DNA from: an uncultured delta proteobacterium
GTDB taxonomy: Bacteria; Desulfobacterota; Binatia; DP-6
Length of the DNA: 64,000 nucleotides
NCBI GenBank assembly: GCA_963815115.1
Contig: CAWFFN010000012.1
Span: forward strand, 285,174-349,173
Direction: 5' to 3'
In this document: positions 17,611 to 28,549 of the stretch, piece by piece
How the letters are laid out: every line of letters begins with the position of its first letter
Numbering within the stretch: the first letter of the stretch is position 1
Made by a program: the position numbers and the translations under genes
The notes under the pieces: model-generated
What the model saw: the letters and a program-made list of their open reading frames with translations, nothing else
Database searches by the model: none
What the model was told of the DNA's origin: nothing

Positions 17611-18429
17611 ATGAATGCGGTCACGGCGCTGCGCTTCTGTAACGGCCTCGTGCTGGTGGGCGTCGTGCTGACGGCGCTCGAGACGCTGGTCTCACGGCGC
17701 GACTATGCGCGCGGGCAGATGCTCGACTGGGAGGTGCTGAAGCATTCCTGGGGGTTTGCTCTGCGGCCTCCGCTCGGCCCCTTGCTCGACCGGGTTCTCG
17801 GCTATCCGGGCTTCATCCTCCTGGTCGGGGTTCAGCTGCTCGCGAGCGCGGCAGCGCTCTGGATGCTGCTGCACGGCGGCTGGCCGAGGGGACTCAACTG
17901 GGTGGTGTTCGGGCTCGTGCTGCTGTTCAATTTTCGCAGCGGGTACGGTCTGGACGGCGCCGATCAGATGACGGGCAACGTGCTCGGCGCGCTCTGTCTG
18001 GCGGGACTCCTGCCGCAAGATCCGGTCGCACTCGGGGCCGCCCTCTGGTTTCTCGGGCTGCAGGCGACGCTCTCCTATCTCACCGCCGGGCTCTACAAGA
18101 TCGCAGGCAAGGACTGGCGCAGCGGCACGGGCCTGCTCGGTGTGATCAGCACTCGGAGCTATGGGAGCCCTCGACTCTCGGCGTACCTCGAGAGACATCC
18201 GAGCCAGGCGCTGGCGGCGGCCTGGAGCGTCATCGCCTTCGAATCGCTTTTCCCGCTCGCCATCCTTGCCGGCCCGAAGTGCGCGCTCGTCTTGCTGGGA
18301 ATCGGCGTCGCGTTTCACCTCGGCAATGCCGCCGTCATGGGTCTGAACAACTTCGTGTGGGCCTTCACGGCCACCTACCCGGCGGTGCACTACTGCGCCG
18401 AACGCATGCAGACGCTGCTTCGCGGCTAG
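17611..18429 (+). CDS. SdpB-like / HTTM-domain polytopic membrane protein
   Basis: There are six or more hydrophobic segments. GYGLDGADQMTGNVLG and LYKIAGKDWRSGTGL match the DGGEQ and EWIDGTAVYY regions of B. subtilis SdpB / HTTM proteins. Confidence 0.7.
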   Translation: MNAVTALRFCNGLVLVGVVLTALETLVSRRDYARGQMLDWEVLKHSWGFALRPPLGPLLDRVLGYPGFILLVGVQLLASAAALWMLLHGGWPRGLNWVVFGLVLLFNFRSGYGLDGADQMTGNVLGALCLAGLLPQDPVALGAALWFLGLQATLSYLTAGLYKIAGKDWRSGTGLLGVISTRSYGSPRLSAYLERHPSQALAAAWSVIAFESLFPLAILAGPKCALVLLGIGVAFHLGNAAVMGLNNFVWAFTATYPAVHYCAERMQTLLRG

Positions 18430-18475
18430 GGACGGCGGGCTGGACGCCGGCCTGCTCGCGGGCGTCGAGCGACGG

Positions 18476-19342
18476 CTAGCCGGCGCGCGCCAGCTCCCAC
18501 ACCAGCGCTTCCGGCAGCCCCAGGAGCGCGTGCCGGAAGATGTCCGGCGCGAGGGGCATCAGACCGCCCGAAGCCATCGCGACCGCCTTCTCATCCAGGC
18601 GTGGCTCGAGGCACCGCCGGACGGTGAGGCCGGCGGCCGTGAAGGCCGCGAAGTAGTCCTCGTGCCGGTGCGCGTAGCTGTGCACGTGGCCCGCCCGGCC
18701 GTCCGCGTCGATGAAGAACGCGCTGCCGCCGATCATGAGCTGCAGCGGGTGGAAGTCCGAGATCACGAGCCGCCCGCCGGGGCGCACCACCCGCGCCAGC
18801 TCGGCGACCGGGGGGCCGAGGTCCTCGCAATGGGTGAGCGCGAGCGAGCACACCGCGAGATCCACGCTCGCCGTCTCGAGCGGCAGATCGGTGAGGTTGC
18901 CGATGCGCAGATCGGCATCCGGCAGCGCCTCGCGGGCGACGTCGAGCATCGCCGCGCTGGCGTCGACGCCGACGACGCGGTGGCCGCGGGCGTGCAGGTA
19001 GCGCGCGTGGCGGCCGGTGCCGCAGGCCGCGTCGAGCGCGCTTCCGGGCGGCAGCGCGTCGATGAGCGACCGCACGGCGGGCTGCTCGACGCGGATCAGG
19101 GGATTGGCGGCGGTGTCGTAGGCTCGCGCCCAGCGCGCGTAGCCCGACTGCACCTCCTCGCCCGGCACGTCGAGCCGCATCGCGAGCGGCGGCGCGTCGG
19201 GATGTGCCAGGAAGCCTGCCAGCTCGTCGAAGCGCGCGGCCGCGACGTCCGGCGCCCCGAGCCAGTTCCGCAGGATGGACAGTCCGGCCATCCCGACGAG
19301 GAAGTTTCCGACGCTCGCCTGCCCCATGTCGCTGTGTCGCAC
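18476..19342 (-). CDS. class I SAM-dependent methyltransferase
   Basis: Motif I is LDAACGTGRHARYL. It is followed by VVGVDAS and DLAVCSLALTH. The gene is divergent from the radical SAM gene. Confidence 0.9.
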   Translation of the reverse strand: MRHSDMGQASVGNFLVGMAGLSILRNWLGAPDVAAARFDELAGFLAHPDAPPLAMRLDVPGEEVQSGYARWARAYDTAANPLIRVEQPAVRSLIDALPPGSALDAACGTGRHARYLHARGHRVVGVDASAAMLDVAREALPDADLRIGNLTDLPLETASVDLAVCSLALTHCEDLGPPVAELARVVRPGGRLVISDFHPLQLMIGGSAFFIDADGRAGHVHSYAHRHEDYFAAFTAAGLTVRRCLEPRLDEKAVAMASGGLMPLAPDIFRHALLGLPEALVWELARAG

Positions 19343-19422
19343 GCCCGAGGAATCGTCTCAAGGCGCTGGCATCGACGAGAAAGTGCGTTGACAGGAACCC
19401 GTGGCGGGCGGATTGGAGGCTG

Positions 19423-20850
19423 GTGCGCATCCTGCTCCTCGCCATGCCGGACACGGCATCGTCGCTGGATGCCGTGATGAAGTTCCCGAACCTCGGGCTG
19501 TGCTCGCTCGCGGCCCAGGTGCCCGAGCACGACGTGCGCATTCTCGACCTCGTCCTGCGGCCGCGTGGCGTGCGCGCGCGCGTCCTCGACGAGCTGCGGC
19601 GCTTCCAGCCCGACCTGGTCGGCTACTCGGCCATGTCGTTCCAGTACGAGACCGCGCGGACGCTGGCCGCCGCGGTGCGCGCCGCGGCGCCGCACGCCGT
19701 GCACGTGCTGGGCGGCTACCACGCCACGGTGGTCGCCGACGAGGTCGCGGCTCGCGACGGCGATCGCTTCGATTTCGTCGTGCGCGGCGAGGGCGAGATC
19801 GCGTTCCGCCAGCTGGTGGACGGGCTGGCGGGCGCGACGCTCGATCCGGAGCGGATTCCCGGGCTGTCGTGGCGGAGCCCGGCCGGCTGGCGTCACAACC
19901 CCGACGGAGCGCTCCTCGCGCTCGATTCGCTGCCGCTGCCGCGGCGCGAGGCCCGCACGCTCGACGGAGCCTTCTACTTCGACCGCAGCTTCGACGTCGC
20001 GGAGACCTCGCGCGGCTGCCCGCTCCCGTGCACCTTCTGCTCGATCCGCCGCATGTACGGGCGCACCTTCCGGCGCTTTCCTCTCCCGCGCGTCCTCGCC
20101 GACCTGCGCGTCCTCGACCGCCGCGGCGTGCGCGGCGTCTTCTTCGTGGACGACAACATCACGATCGACGTGTCGCGGTTCAAGGAGCTGTGCGAGGAGA
20201 TCGCCGCCGCCGGGCTGTCACACCTGCGCTACATCGTGCAGGCGTCGGTACACGGCATCGCCAAGGATCCGACCCTGGCGCCCGCGATGGCACGCGCCGG
20301 CTTCGACACCGTCTTCATGGGCATCGAGAACGCCGAGGATGCCAACGTCGAGGCCCTCGACATCGCCCCGAAGCGCGGCCGGCGCGAGGACGAGACGCCA
20401 CGCGCCGTGCGCCTGCTGCAGGACAGCGGCATCAAGGCCGTGGGCGGCTTCATCGTGGGCAATCCCGGCGACGACCGGGCGGCGATCGCGCGCACCTTCC
20501 GCTATGCCAGCCGGCTCGGCCTCGACTTCCCGATCGTGCAGGCCCTCACGCCCTATCCCCGGACCGAGATGCGGGACGCGCTGGTGGCGGAAGGGCTGGT
20601 GACCAACCCGGACGACCTGACGCGCTACAACGGCTACATGGTGAACGTGCGCACGCGGCATCTCTCGAGCGCGGCGATCGCGCGCGCCATGGTCTGGGAA
20701 GGCGCGAAGCTCTACCTGGACCCGCGCGCCGCGCTCCGGAGCCGCTTCGTGCGCGACTACCCCGCCTTTCGTGGCGCCATGCTGCGCAACAACCTCGCGC
20801 TCTTCGGCGGGCTGCGGAACCGGATGTTCCACTCGACGCACACGCTGTGA
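19423..20850 (+). CDS. B12-binding-domain radical SAM protein
   Basis: The GTG at 19423 follows GGAGGC. The N-terminus VRILLLAMPD...GYSAMSF...LGGYHAT is cobalamin-domain-like. The radical SAM cluster motif is GCPLPCTFC (C-x3-C-x2-C). Confidence 0.9.
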   Translation: MRILLLAMPDTASSLDAVMKFPNLGLCSLAAQVPEHDVRILDLVLRPRGVRARVLDELRRFQPDLVGYSAMSFQYETARTLAAAVRAAAPHAVHVLGGYHATVVADEVAARDGDRFDFVVRGEGEIAFRQLVDGLAGATLDPERIPGLSWRSPAGWRHNPDGALLALDSLPLPRREARTLDGAFYFDRSFDVAETSRGCPLPCTFCSIRRMYGRTFRRFPLPRVLADLRVLDRRGVRGVFFVDDNITIDVSRFKELCEEIAAAGLSHLRYIVQASVHGIAKDPTLAPAMARAGFDTVFMGIENAEDANVEALDIAPKRGRREDETPRAVRLLQDSGIKAVGGFIVGNPGDDRAAIARTFRYASRLGLDFPIVQALTPYPRTEMRDALVAEGLVTNPDDLTRYNGYMVNVRTRHLSSAAIARAMVWEGAKLYLDPRAALRSRFVRDYPAFRGAMLRNNLALFGGLRNRMFHSTHTL

Positions 20851-21293
20851 CCGGCGATCGCGTGCGTGCTGGCCTGGTGCTGGCGCTGCTCGCCGCGGCG
20901 CCCGCCGGGACGAGCGCCGACTGGAATCCGCCGCTCCGGTTGAAGCCGCTCATCCTGCACCTCGAGGGGACGATGGCGGCCGACCGGCAGGCCGCCGAGC
21001 GCTTCGGCTTCGCGGCGGTGTCCTTCGGCATCAAGGGCCAGGATCCCCGCCTCCGCTGCTGGCTCGGGGTCGACGTGGCCTACCCGCTCGGCGACTATCC
21101 CGTCCTGGGCAAGGACATCCTCGAGGACGTCCGCATGTACGACCCGAACTTCTTCGCCGTGGGCACGCCGGATCTGGTCACGAAGCTGATGGACGTCCGC
21201 CCCGGGACCCGCGTCGTGCTCGAAGCGCTGGCCGACCGCGCCTCGCGGACCTTCTACCTGCGTCACGTCGACCTCGTCGAGCCCAGGACCTGA
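20847..21293 (+). CDS. small exported protein of unknown function
   Basis: The GTG overlaps the radical SAM stop (GTGA). The signal-like segment is GLVLALLAAAPAGTSA. G/C-ending codons are strongly favoured. No motif was recognised. Confidence 0.6.
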   Translation: MTGDRVRAGLVLALLAAAPAGTSADWNPPLRLKPLILHLEGTMAADRQAAERFGFAAVSFGIKGQDPRLRCWLGVDVAYPLGDYPVLGKDILEDVRMYDPNFFAVGTPDLVTKLMDVRPGTRVVLEALADRASRTFYLRHVDLVEPRT

Positions 21294-21344
21294 CCTCGGC
21301 TTCCCAGCGGCGGCACTCCGGTGCTACCTCTGGCGGGAACGGCG

Positions 21345-22220
21345 ATGGCGATCGATCTTCCCCTCGGCACGCGCTTCACGCTCGGTGCCAGCATCACGCC
21401 CGAGCAGCGCGCGTTCCTCCGCGAGCACGGGTTCCTGCTGTTCTCGCGCGTCGCCACGCCCGACGAGGTGGCGATGCTCGCCTCCGAGATGGAGCGCATC
21501 GAGGCGCGCTGGCTCGCCGAGGGGCGTTCGCGGGTGTTCGGCATCCCGCTCTTCTTCGGCACCGACGAGCAGGGTCGTCCGTTCCTGCAGCGCCTGGCCT
21601 TCACCTCGGTCTTCTCGGAGAAGGTGCACGCCTTCGTGCGCGACCCGCGCTTCACGCCCATCCTCGGGCTCATCGGCGAGGGCGCGCGTGTCGGCGACCA
21701 GGAGAAGGACGGCGTCGTCTTCAACCGGTACCTGAACGTTCCCGGCAGCGTGTACCCGAGGCTCGGCTGGCACACGGACGGCCTGCGCGATCTCTTCTAC
21801 GGCCGCATGCCGCAGGAGCAGCTCAACATCGGGCTGCACCTCGACCGCTGCATGCGTGACAACGGCGGCCTGCGTCTGATTCCCGGCAGCCACCGCCAGG
21901 GTTTCTGGTCGATGTGCTTCCGCAAGCCCTACTTCGTCTGGCACCGTGACGATCCGGCGGAAGTCGTGGTCGAGACCGAACCCGGCGACCTCACCGTGCA
22001 CGACGGCCGCCTCTGGCACCGCGTCGCCCGCTCCCGTTATACCGGCGCCGCCAGCCTGCGGCGGTCGATGTACCTGCCGTACCTGACCGGTCCCTACGAG
22101 CCCAAGAGCGAGGACAGCCCGACCCCTGCCTATCACCGGCTGGGCGAGTGGCTTCGCGGACGACGACACGCCCGCCCGGCGAGACAACCGCCTGCGAGTG
22201 AGGTACGAGAGCTGCCATGA
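21345..22220 (+). CDS. phytanoyl-CoA dioxygenase (PhyH) family Fe(II)/2-oxoglutarate oxygenase
   Basis: GFLLFSRVATPDEV...GWHTDG (the H-x-D motif)...DLTVHDGRLWHRV (the distal His). The stop overlaps the next start (ATGA). Confidence 0.85.
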   Translation: MAIDLPLGTRFTLGASITPEQRAFLREHGFLLFSRVATPDEVAMLASEMERIEARWLAEGRSRVFGIPLFFGTDEQGRPFLQRLAFTSVFSEKVHAFVRDPRFTPILGLIGEGARVGDQEKDGVVFNRYLNVPGSVYPRLGWHTDGLRDLFYGRMPQEQLNIGLHLDRCMRDNGGLRLIPGSHRQGFWSMCFRKPYFVWHRDDPAEVVVETEPGDLTVHDGRLWHRVARSRYTGAASLRRSMYLPYLTGPYEPKSEDSPTPAYHRLGEWLRGRRHARPARQPPASEVRELP

Positions 22221-23152
22221 CGCGACCCGTGCGCTTCGGCGTGACCCTTCCCCAGATCAAGCGGACGTGGGCCGAGGCCCGTGAAGCGGCGATCGAGTTC
22301 GACCGGCTGGGATTCCATTCCGTGTGGGTGTGCGACCACCTCTACGGCGTGCCGATGCCGTCGCTTCCGATCCTCGAAGGGTGGAGCGAGCTTGCCGCCG
22401 TCGCGGCGATCACCGAGCGCGTCGAGCTCGGAACGCTGGTGACGCCGCCGTTCTTCCGCAACCCGGCCGTGCTCGCCAAGCAGGTCGCGACCATCGACCA
22501 GATCTCGCGCGGCCGCACCATCGTCGGGCTCGGCAGCGGATGGTTCGCGTCCGAGTACGAGGCCTACGGCGTACCCTTCCCGCCGGTCGGCGAACGGCTG
22601 CAAGCGCTGGACGAGACCTGCGAGGTGCTGAAGCGCCTGTGGACCGAGGAGCAGGCGACCTTCGCGGGCAAGCACGCGCGCGTCGACCAGGCCTGGTGCG
22701 AGCCCAAGCCGGTGCGGCGGCCGCCGATCCTGATCGGCGGGGGCGGCGAGCGGAAGCTCATGCGGATCGCCGCGAAGCACGCGGACATCTGGAACAACCT
22801 GGCGGTCTCGCAGGCCCAGCTCGGCGCCAAGGTCGAGGTGCTGCGGCGGCGCTGCGACGAGGTGCGGCGCGACCCGGCGTCGCTCGAGATCTCGCAGCAG
22901 TGCCTGGTGGTGATCGCGGCCGACGAGGCCGGGGCGCGCGACGCGCTCGCCAAGGCGGTGCGCATCTACGGCGGCCACATGGGGGGCGGTCTCGAGGAGC
23001 ACGGCATCTGGGGCACGCCCGAGCAGGTGATCGAGCGCATCGAGCGCCACCGCCGTCTCGGCTGCACGCTCTTCGTGATGGAGTTCTTCGGCCGCGACAC
23101 GCGCGAGCCGGCGCGGCTGTTCGCGGAGCAGGTGCTGCCGGCGTTCCGCTGA
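22217..23152 (+). CDS. LLM-class F420/flavin-dependent oxidoreductase
   Basis: MTRPVRFGVTLPQ...LGFHSVWVCDHL...GRTIVGLGSGW...PPILIGGGGER is typical of the LLM family. Confidence 0.9.
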   Translation: MTRPVRFGVTLPQIKRTWAEAREAAIEFDRLGFHSVWVCDHLYGVPMPSLPILEGWSELAAVAAITERVELGTLVTPPFFRNPAVLAKQVATIDQISRGRTIVGLGSGWFASEYEAYGVPFPPVGERLQALDETCEVLKRLWTEEQATFAGKHARVDQAWCEPKPVRRPPILIGGGGERKLMRIAAKHADIWNNLAVSQAQLGAKVEVLRRRCDEVRRDPASLEISQQCLVVIAADEAGARDALAKAVRIYGGHMGGGLEEHGIWGTPEQVIERIERHRRLGCTLFVMEFFGRDTREPARLFAEQVLPAFR

Positions 23153-23189
23153 GACTGAAGTTTGACACCACCAGCGCGCGGGTGTGTAA

Positions 23190-24389
<1,200 letters not shown>

Positions 24390-24398
24390 ACCGGTCTC

Positions 24399-25208
24399 TC
24401 AGGTGCGCGCGCCGCCGAGGCGGTCCAGCGCGACGGCGCACGCGGTGGCGAGGTTGAGCGAGTCGATCCCGGGCCTCATCGGGATGCGCAGGGTCACGTC
24501 GGCGGCGGCGAGGGTCGCCGGGCGGAGCCCGTCGCCCTCTGCGCCGACCAGCAGGGCGGCGCGAGCGGGCAGGGGATGCGTGACGCCGAGGGCGGCGACG
24601 TCGAGCGCGCCCGCCGTGGTGAGCGCGATGCGGAGGTAGCCCGCCGATCCCAGACGCTCCAGCGTCTGCTCCCACTCGACGATCCGTGCCCACGGGAGCT
24701 GGAGCGCCGCTCCGAGTGAGACGCGGATCGTCTTGCGATAGAGCGGATCGCCCGAGCCCGGCGACAGCAGCACGGCGTCGCCGCCGAGCGCGCGCGCGAC
24801 GCGCAGCACGCCGCCGACGTTGTCGGGGTTGCTGACCTCGTCGAGAAGGATCAGCCGGCGCGGCCCGGCCTCGAGGATCTCTGCAAGGCTGGGCTCCGGT
24901 CCCCGCTCGCCAAGGCCGAGACAGCCGCGGTGGAAGTCGAACCCGACGACGGCCTTCAGGACCTCCGGCGGCGCCAGGTACACCGTGACGTCGTCGCGAC
25001 CGGCGAGGACGTCGGCCAGCTGGTCGGCTGCGTGCCGCGTGAGCAGCAGCGAGCGGGTCCGGAAGCGCCGGCTCGCGAGCAGCTCGCGGACGACCGCCCG
25101 CGTCTCCGCCACGAAGAGCCCGTCGTGCCGGCCCCCGACCCGAGCGCGGAGGTGCCGGAAGGCGAGGAGCCGAGGATCCTCGACCGTTTCGATCCGCTCC
25201 ACGGGCAT
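24399..25208 (-). CDS. TrmH/SpoU-family RNA 2'-O-methyltransferase
   Basis: The SpoU motifs NPDNVGGVLRVARALG, LLVGAEGDGL and IPMRPGIDSLNLATACAVAL are present. Confidence 0.9.
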   Translation of the reverse strand: MPVERIETVEDPRLLAFRHLRARVGGRHDGLFVAETRAVVRELLASRRFRTRSLLLTRHAADQLADVLAGRDDVTVYLAPPEVLKAVVGFDFHRGCLGLGERGPEPSLAEILEAGPRRLILLDEVSNPDNVGGVLRVARALGGDAVLLSPGSGDPLYRKTIRVSLGAALQLPWARIVEWEQTLERLGSAGYLRIALTTAGALDVAALGVTHPLPARAALLVGAEGDGLRPATLAAADVTLRIPMRPGIDSLNLATACAVALDRLGGART

Positions 25209-25302
25209 TCAACCCTCCACCCGAATGGCAGCCGTCATGCGCGATTTCCTTGCCAAGCCGAGGCAGCCTGCGGTACCCCCCTCGTCCAGAGGGGAGGATA
25301 CC

Positions 25303-27822
25303 ATGCACTTTCGCAATGCCTTGACCGCCGCCGTCCTGCTGCTCGCGGCGGCGACGTCGGTCCGCGCGGCCAGCGTGGACATCGTCCGCGACAAGTGGGG
25401 CGTGCCTCACATCTTCGTTCCGGCAACGCTCGGCGGCAAGACGGCGCAGCTGCGGGCGCTCGGCTTCGCCCAGGGCTACGCGACCGCCCAGGACCGCATG
25501 GTGCAGCTCGAATTCTTCCGCCGCGCCGGCAAGGGCCGCCTGTCCGAGATCGCGTTCCTCGGGCCGGGCTTTCTGCCCGCCGACATCGCCGCCCGCCGCG
25601 ACGGCTTCACGGACGCCGAGTACCGCGCCCAGCTGAAGCGTCTGCCGGCGAAGTCGCGGCGAGCGCTGCAGGACTTCACCGACGGCGTCAACCAGTTCCT
25701 CACCGAGGTGGCGGCCGATCCGAGCAAGGCACCGATCGAGTTCCCGCTCATCGGCCTCGATCCCGAGCCCTGGGACGTGACCGACTCGCTCGCCATCGCC
25801 ATGCTCCAGATCCGGCGCTTCGGACAGAACGGCGGCGGTGAGCTCGGCAACGCGCGCCTGCTCCTGGATCTCCTCGACGCGTTTCCGGTGGCGGAGGCGA
25901 AGGGCATCTTCAACGATCTCGTCTGGGGTGAGGATCCGACGGCGCCCACGACGATCGATCCGATCGAGCAGACCTTCGCGAGCGATGCGACAGCTCCGCT
26001 GAACGACGTGCAGGTCGCGCTCGTGACCGCGCACCGGGCCGCGATCCGTGGAGAGATCATGGCGATGGCGGAGGAGCGCACGATGGTCGCGTCGCTCCTG
26101 CGCAGCGTCGGCTGGCCGGCGGAGTATCCCGCGACCGCCAGCAACGCCATGGTGGTCTCGGGCGCGCTCACCGCGAGCGGCTCGCCGATCCTGCTCGGCG
26201 GTCCGCAGACGGGCATGGCGCTGCCGAGCTTCTTCTACCAGATCGGCCTGCACGGCGGCGGCTACGATGCCAGCGGCGTGACCGTGCCCGGCGGCACGGG
26301 GATCGTGATCGGGCGGACGAAGAACGCGGCCTGGACCATCACCTCCGGCATCACCGACAACACCGACACCTTCATCGAGCAGCTGAACCCGAGCAACCCC
26401 AAGCAGTACGTCTACCGCGGCGGCTTCCGTGACATGACCTGCCGCAGCGAGACGTTCCTGCCGGCGGGACAGCCGCCGCAGACCATCGAGTTCTGCCGCA
26501 CGGTGCACGGCCCGGTCATCGCGAGCTATCCCTCGGAGGGCATCGCGTTCTCGCAGCAGCTCTACTTCTTCGGCAAGGAGGGCGACAGCGCCACCCGGCT
26601 GCTGAGCCTCGGCTTCGCAACGAACCTGAAGCGCTTCCAGCGCACGCTCGACAAGGTGCAGGCGTCGCTCAACCTCATGTACGCGGACAACTCGAAGAAC
26701 ATCGCCTACTTCCATCGTGGCGTCCTGCCGCGGCGGCGGAACACGGTGGACCCGCGCCTGCCGCTGCCCGGCACCGGCGAGGCGGAGACGCTGAAGCTCA
26801 CCCAGGGCCGGCACATGCCAACCACGATCAATCCGCCCCTCGGCTACATCGCGCAGTGGAACAACAAGCCCATCAAGGGCTGGCCCGCGGACGACCAGCG
26901 CGAGCTGTGGGGCGGCGTCGACCGGGTCCACGTCCTGCTGGATCTGCTGGCGGCGGCCAAGGCGACGCATCAGATCACCGCGGCCGACGTCAAGGGCTAC
27001 ATGAAGACCGCCGCCACGACCGACATCTTCGCGGCGCGCATCCTCCCGTTCCTGCGCGCGGCCGTGGACGCCCTGCCGCCCGCGACGCCCGACCTGGCGC
27101 AGCTCGACGCCGCGACCGACCTGATCGGGGACTGGCTCACCGCCGGCACGCCTCTCGTGGCGGACGGCTCGGGGAAGATCCCGTACCCCGGCGCGACCAT
27201 CTACCGTGCCTGGCGGACGCAGGTGCAGCACGACACCTTCGACGACGAGCTCGACGGGAACAACCGGCTTCCCGACTACACCGTCACGCGCACGGGCGGG
27301 GACAACCAGGACAGCTCGGCCGACCTCTTCAGCATCGACGCGCTCTTCGTACGCGCGCTCGAGTATCCGGCGGCGGCGTTCCCGACCAGCCGGGACTACT
27401 TCCAGGACGTCGTCCACGCGACCAATCCGGGACGCGATGCGACCCTGATTGCGTCGCTGCGCGCCGCCATCACGAAGCTCACCACGGACTACGGTACCAC
27501 CGACCCGACGCAGTGGCTGACGCCGAAGATCACGGTGCAGTTCGACACCACCTCGGCCGCGCCGTTCCTCTACGGCCAGACCATCATCGAGCGCGAGGAC
27601 CGCGGGACCATGAACGAGGTCATCGAGCTGGCACCCACGCTGGCGGCGGAGATCATCGTGCCGCCGGGCGAGACCGGCCACATTCCCGTGACGGCCATGA
27701 GCGAGCCGCCGCACCTGCGGGATCAGGTTCCGGTCTACGAGAGCTTCCAGTACCACTCGCTGCCGTTCACGCCGGGCGAGCTCGAGGGGCCGACGACCAC
27801 CCAGACCATCACCGTCCCGTGA
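25303..27822 (+). CDS. penicillin-acylase-family Ntn hydrolase (possible acyl-homoserine-lactone / beta-lactam acylase)
   Basis: The ATG follows GGGAGGAT. The signal peptide is AAVLLLAAATSVRA. IVRDKWGVPHIF is present. The predicted beta-subunit nucleophile lies in ATASNAMVVSG. Confidence 0.9.
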   Translation: MHFRNALTAAVLLLAAATSVRAASVDIVRDKWGVPHIFVPATLGGKTAQLRALGFAQGYATAQDRMVQLEFFRRAGKGRLSEIAFLGPGFLPADIAARRDGFTDAEYRAQLKRLPAKSRRALQDFTDGVNQFLTEVAADPSKAPIEFPLIGLDPEPWDVTDSLAIAMLQIRRFGQNGGGELGNARLLLDLLDAFPVAEAKGIFNDLVWGEDPTAPTTIDPIEQTFASDATAPLNDVQVALVTAHRAAIRGEIMAMAEERTMVASLLRSVGWPAEYPATASNAMVVSGALTASGSPILLGGPQTGMALPSFFYQIGLHGGGYDASGVTVPGGTGIVIGRTKNAAWTITSGITDNTDTFIEQLNPSNPKQYVYRGGFRDMTCRSETFLPAGQPPQTIEFCRTVHGPVIASYPSEGIAFSQQLYFFGKEGDSATRLLSLGFATNLKRFQRTLDKVQASLNLMYADNSKNIAYFHRGVLPRRRNTVDPRLPLPGTGEAETLKLTQGRHMPTTINPPLGYIAQWNNKPIKGWPADDQRELWGGVDRVHVLLDLLAAAKATHQITAADVKGYMKTAATTDIFAARILPFLRAAVDALPPATPDLAQLDAATDLIGDWLTAGTPLVADGSGKIPYPGATIYRAWRTQVQHDTFDDELDGNNRLPDYTVTRTGGDNQDSSADLFSIDALFVRALEYPAAAFPTSRDYFQDVVHATNPGRDATLIASLRAAITKLTTDYGTTDPTQWLTPKITVQFDTTSAAPFLYGQTIIEREDRGTMNEVIELAPTLAAEIIVPPGETGHIPVTAMSEPPHLRDQVPVYESFQYHSLPFTPGELEGPTTTQTITVP

Positions 27823-27829
27823 CCCCGCA

Positions 27830-27857
27830 CGGCCGGGCGGTGCATGCCGCCCGGCCG
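27830..27857 (+). terminator. GC-rich hairpin 8 nt after the acylase stop (11-bp perfect stem, 6-nt loop)
   Basis: The sequence is CGGCCGGGCGG-tgcatg-CCGCCCGGCCG. No U-tract follows. Confidence 0.4.
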
Positions 27858-27907
27858 CGCCTCCAGGTTGCGCGCCACGGCGCCATCCCGCAGAAGAACG
27901 TCTCACC

Positions 27908-28531
27908 ATGCCCGATGGCTTCTGGCACGCCGTCCTCGATCCCAGCGCCCCGCTTCCCGCGGGGTGGCCGATGGGTGCGCTGGGCGCGTTCATGCTCTTC
28001 TGCGTCCCGATCGGCGGCGGCATCCCTGCGGGCGTGCTGATGGCGCGCACGGCGGGCGTGTCGCCGCCCGTGATGGCGGTCCTCTACTTCCTCTCCGACG
28101 TCGTGCTGGCGGTCACCTTCGAGCCGTTCCTGCGGATCGCCAGATGGCTCGGCCGCTTCCTGCCGCCGCTCGCGTGGCTCGCCCGGACGATGCGCGCGCT
28201 GGCGACACGCAGCGGAGCGTCGGCGAGCGGCGCCAAGGGGCCGCTGGGGCTCATCCTCGTCAGCTTCGGAGTCGATCCGATGACCGGGCGCGCCGCGGCG
28301 GCCGCGGCGGGTCACGGCTTCGTTCCTGGCTGGGCCCTCGCCATCGCAGGCGACATGCTCTACTTCGTCGTCCTCATGGCGTCGACGCTGTGGCTCGAGG
28401 GCGTGCTCGGCGACCAGCGCCTCACCGTGTTCGCGGTTCTCGTCCTCATGCTCGTCCTGCCATCGCTCGTTCGACGGCTCTCGAACCGCGCAGGATGGAC
28501 CGGTCAGCCTTCGGAACGGCGTCGAGCGTGA
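27908..28531 (+). CDS. small membrane protein (small multidrug export protein-like)
   Basis: This 207-aa protein has 4-5 hydrophobic segments. The family call is weak and rests on overall pattern only. Confidence 0.6.
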   Translation: MPDGFWHAVLDPSAPLPAGWPMGALGAFMLFCVPIGGGIPAGVLMARTAGVSPPVMAVLYFLSDVVLAVTFEPFLRIARWLGRFLPPLAWLARTMRALATRSGASASGAKGPLGLILVSFGVDPMTGRAAAAAAGHGFVPGWALAIAGDMLYFVVLMASTLWLEGVLGDQRLTVFAVLVLMLVLPSLVRRLSNRAGWTGQPSERRRA

Positions 28532-28549
28532 CTCGCTCGGCGTCGACGC

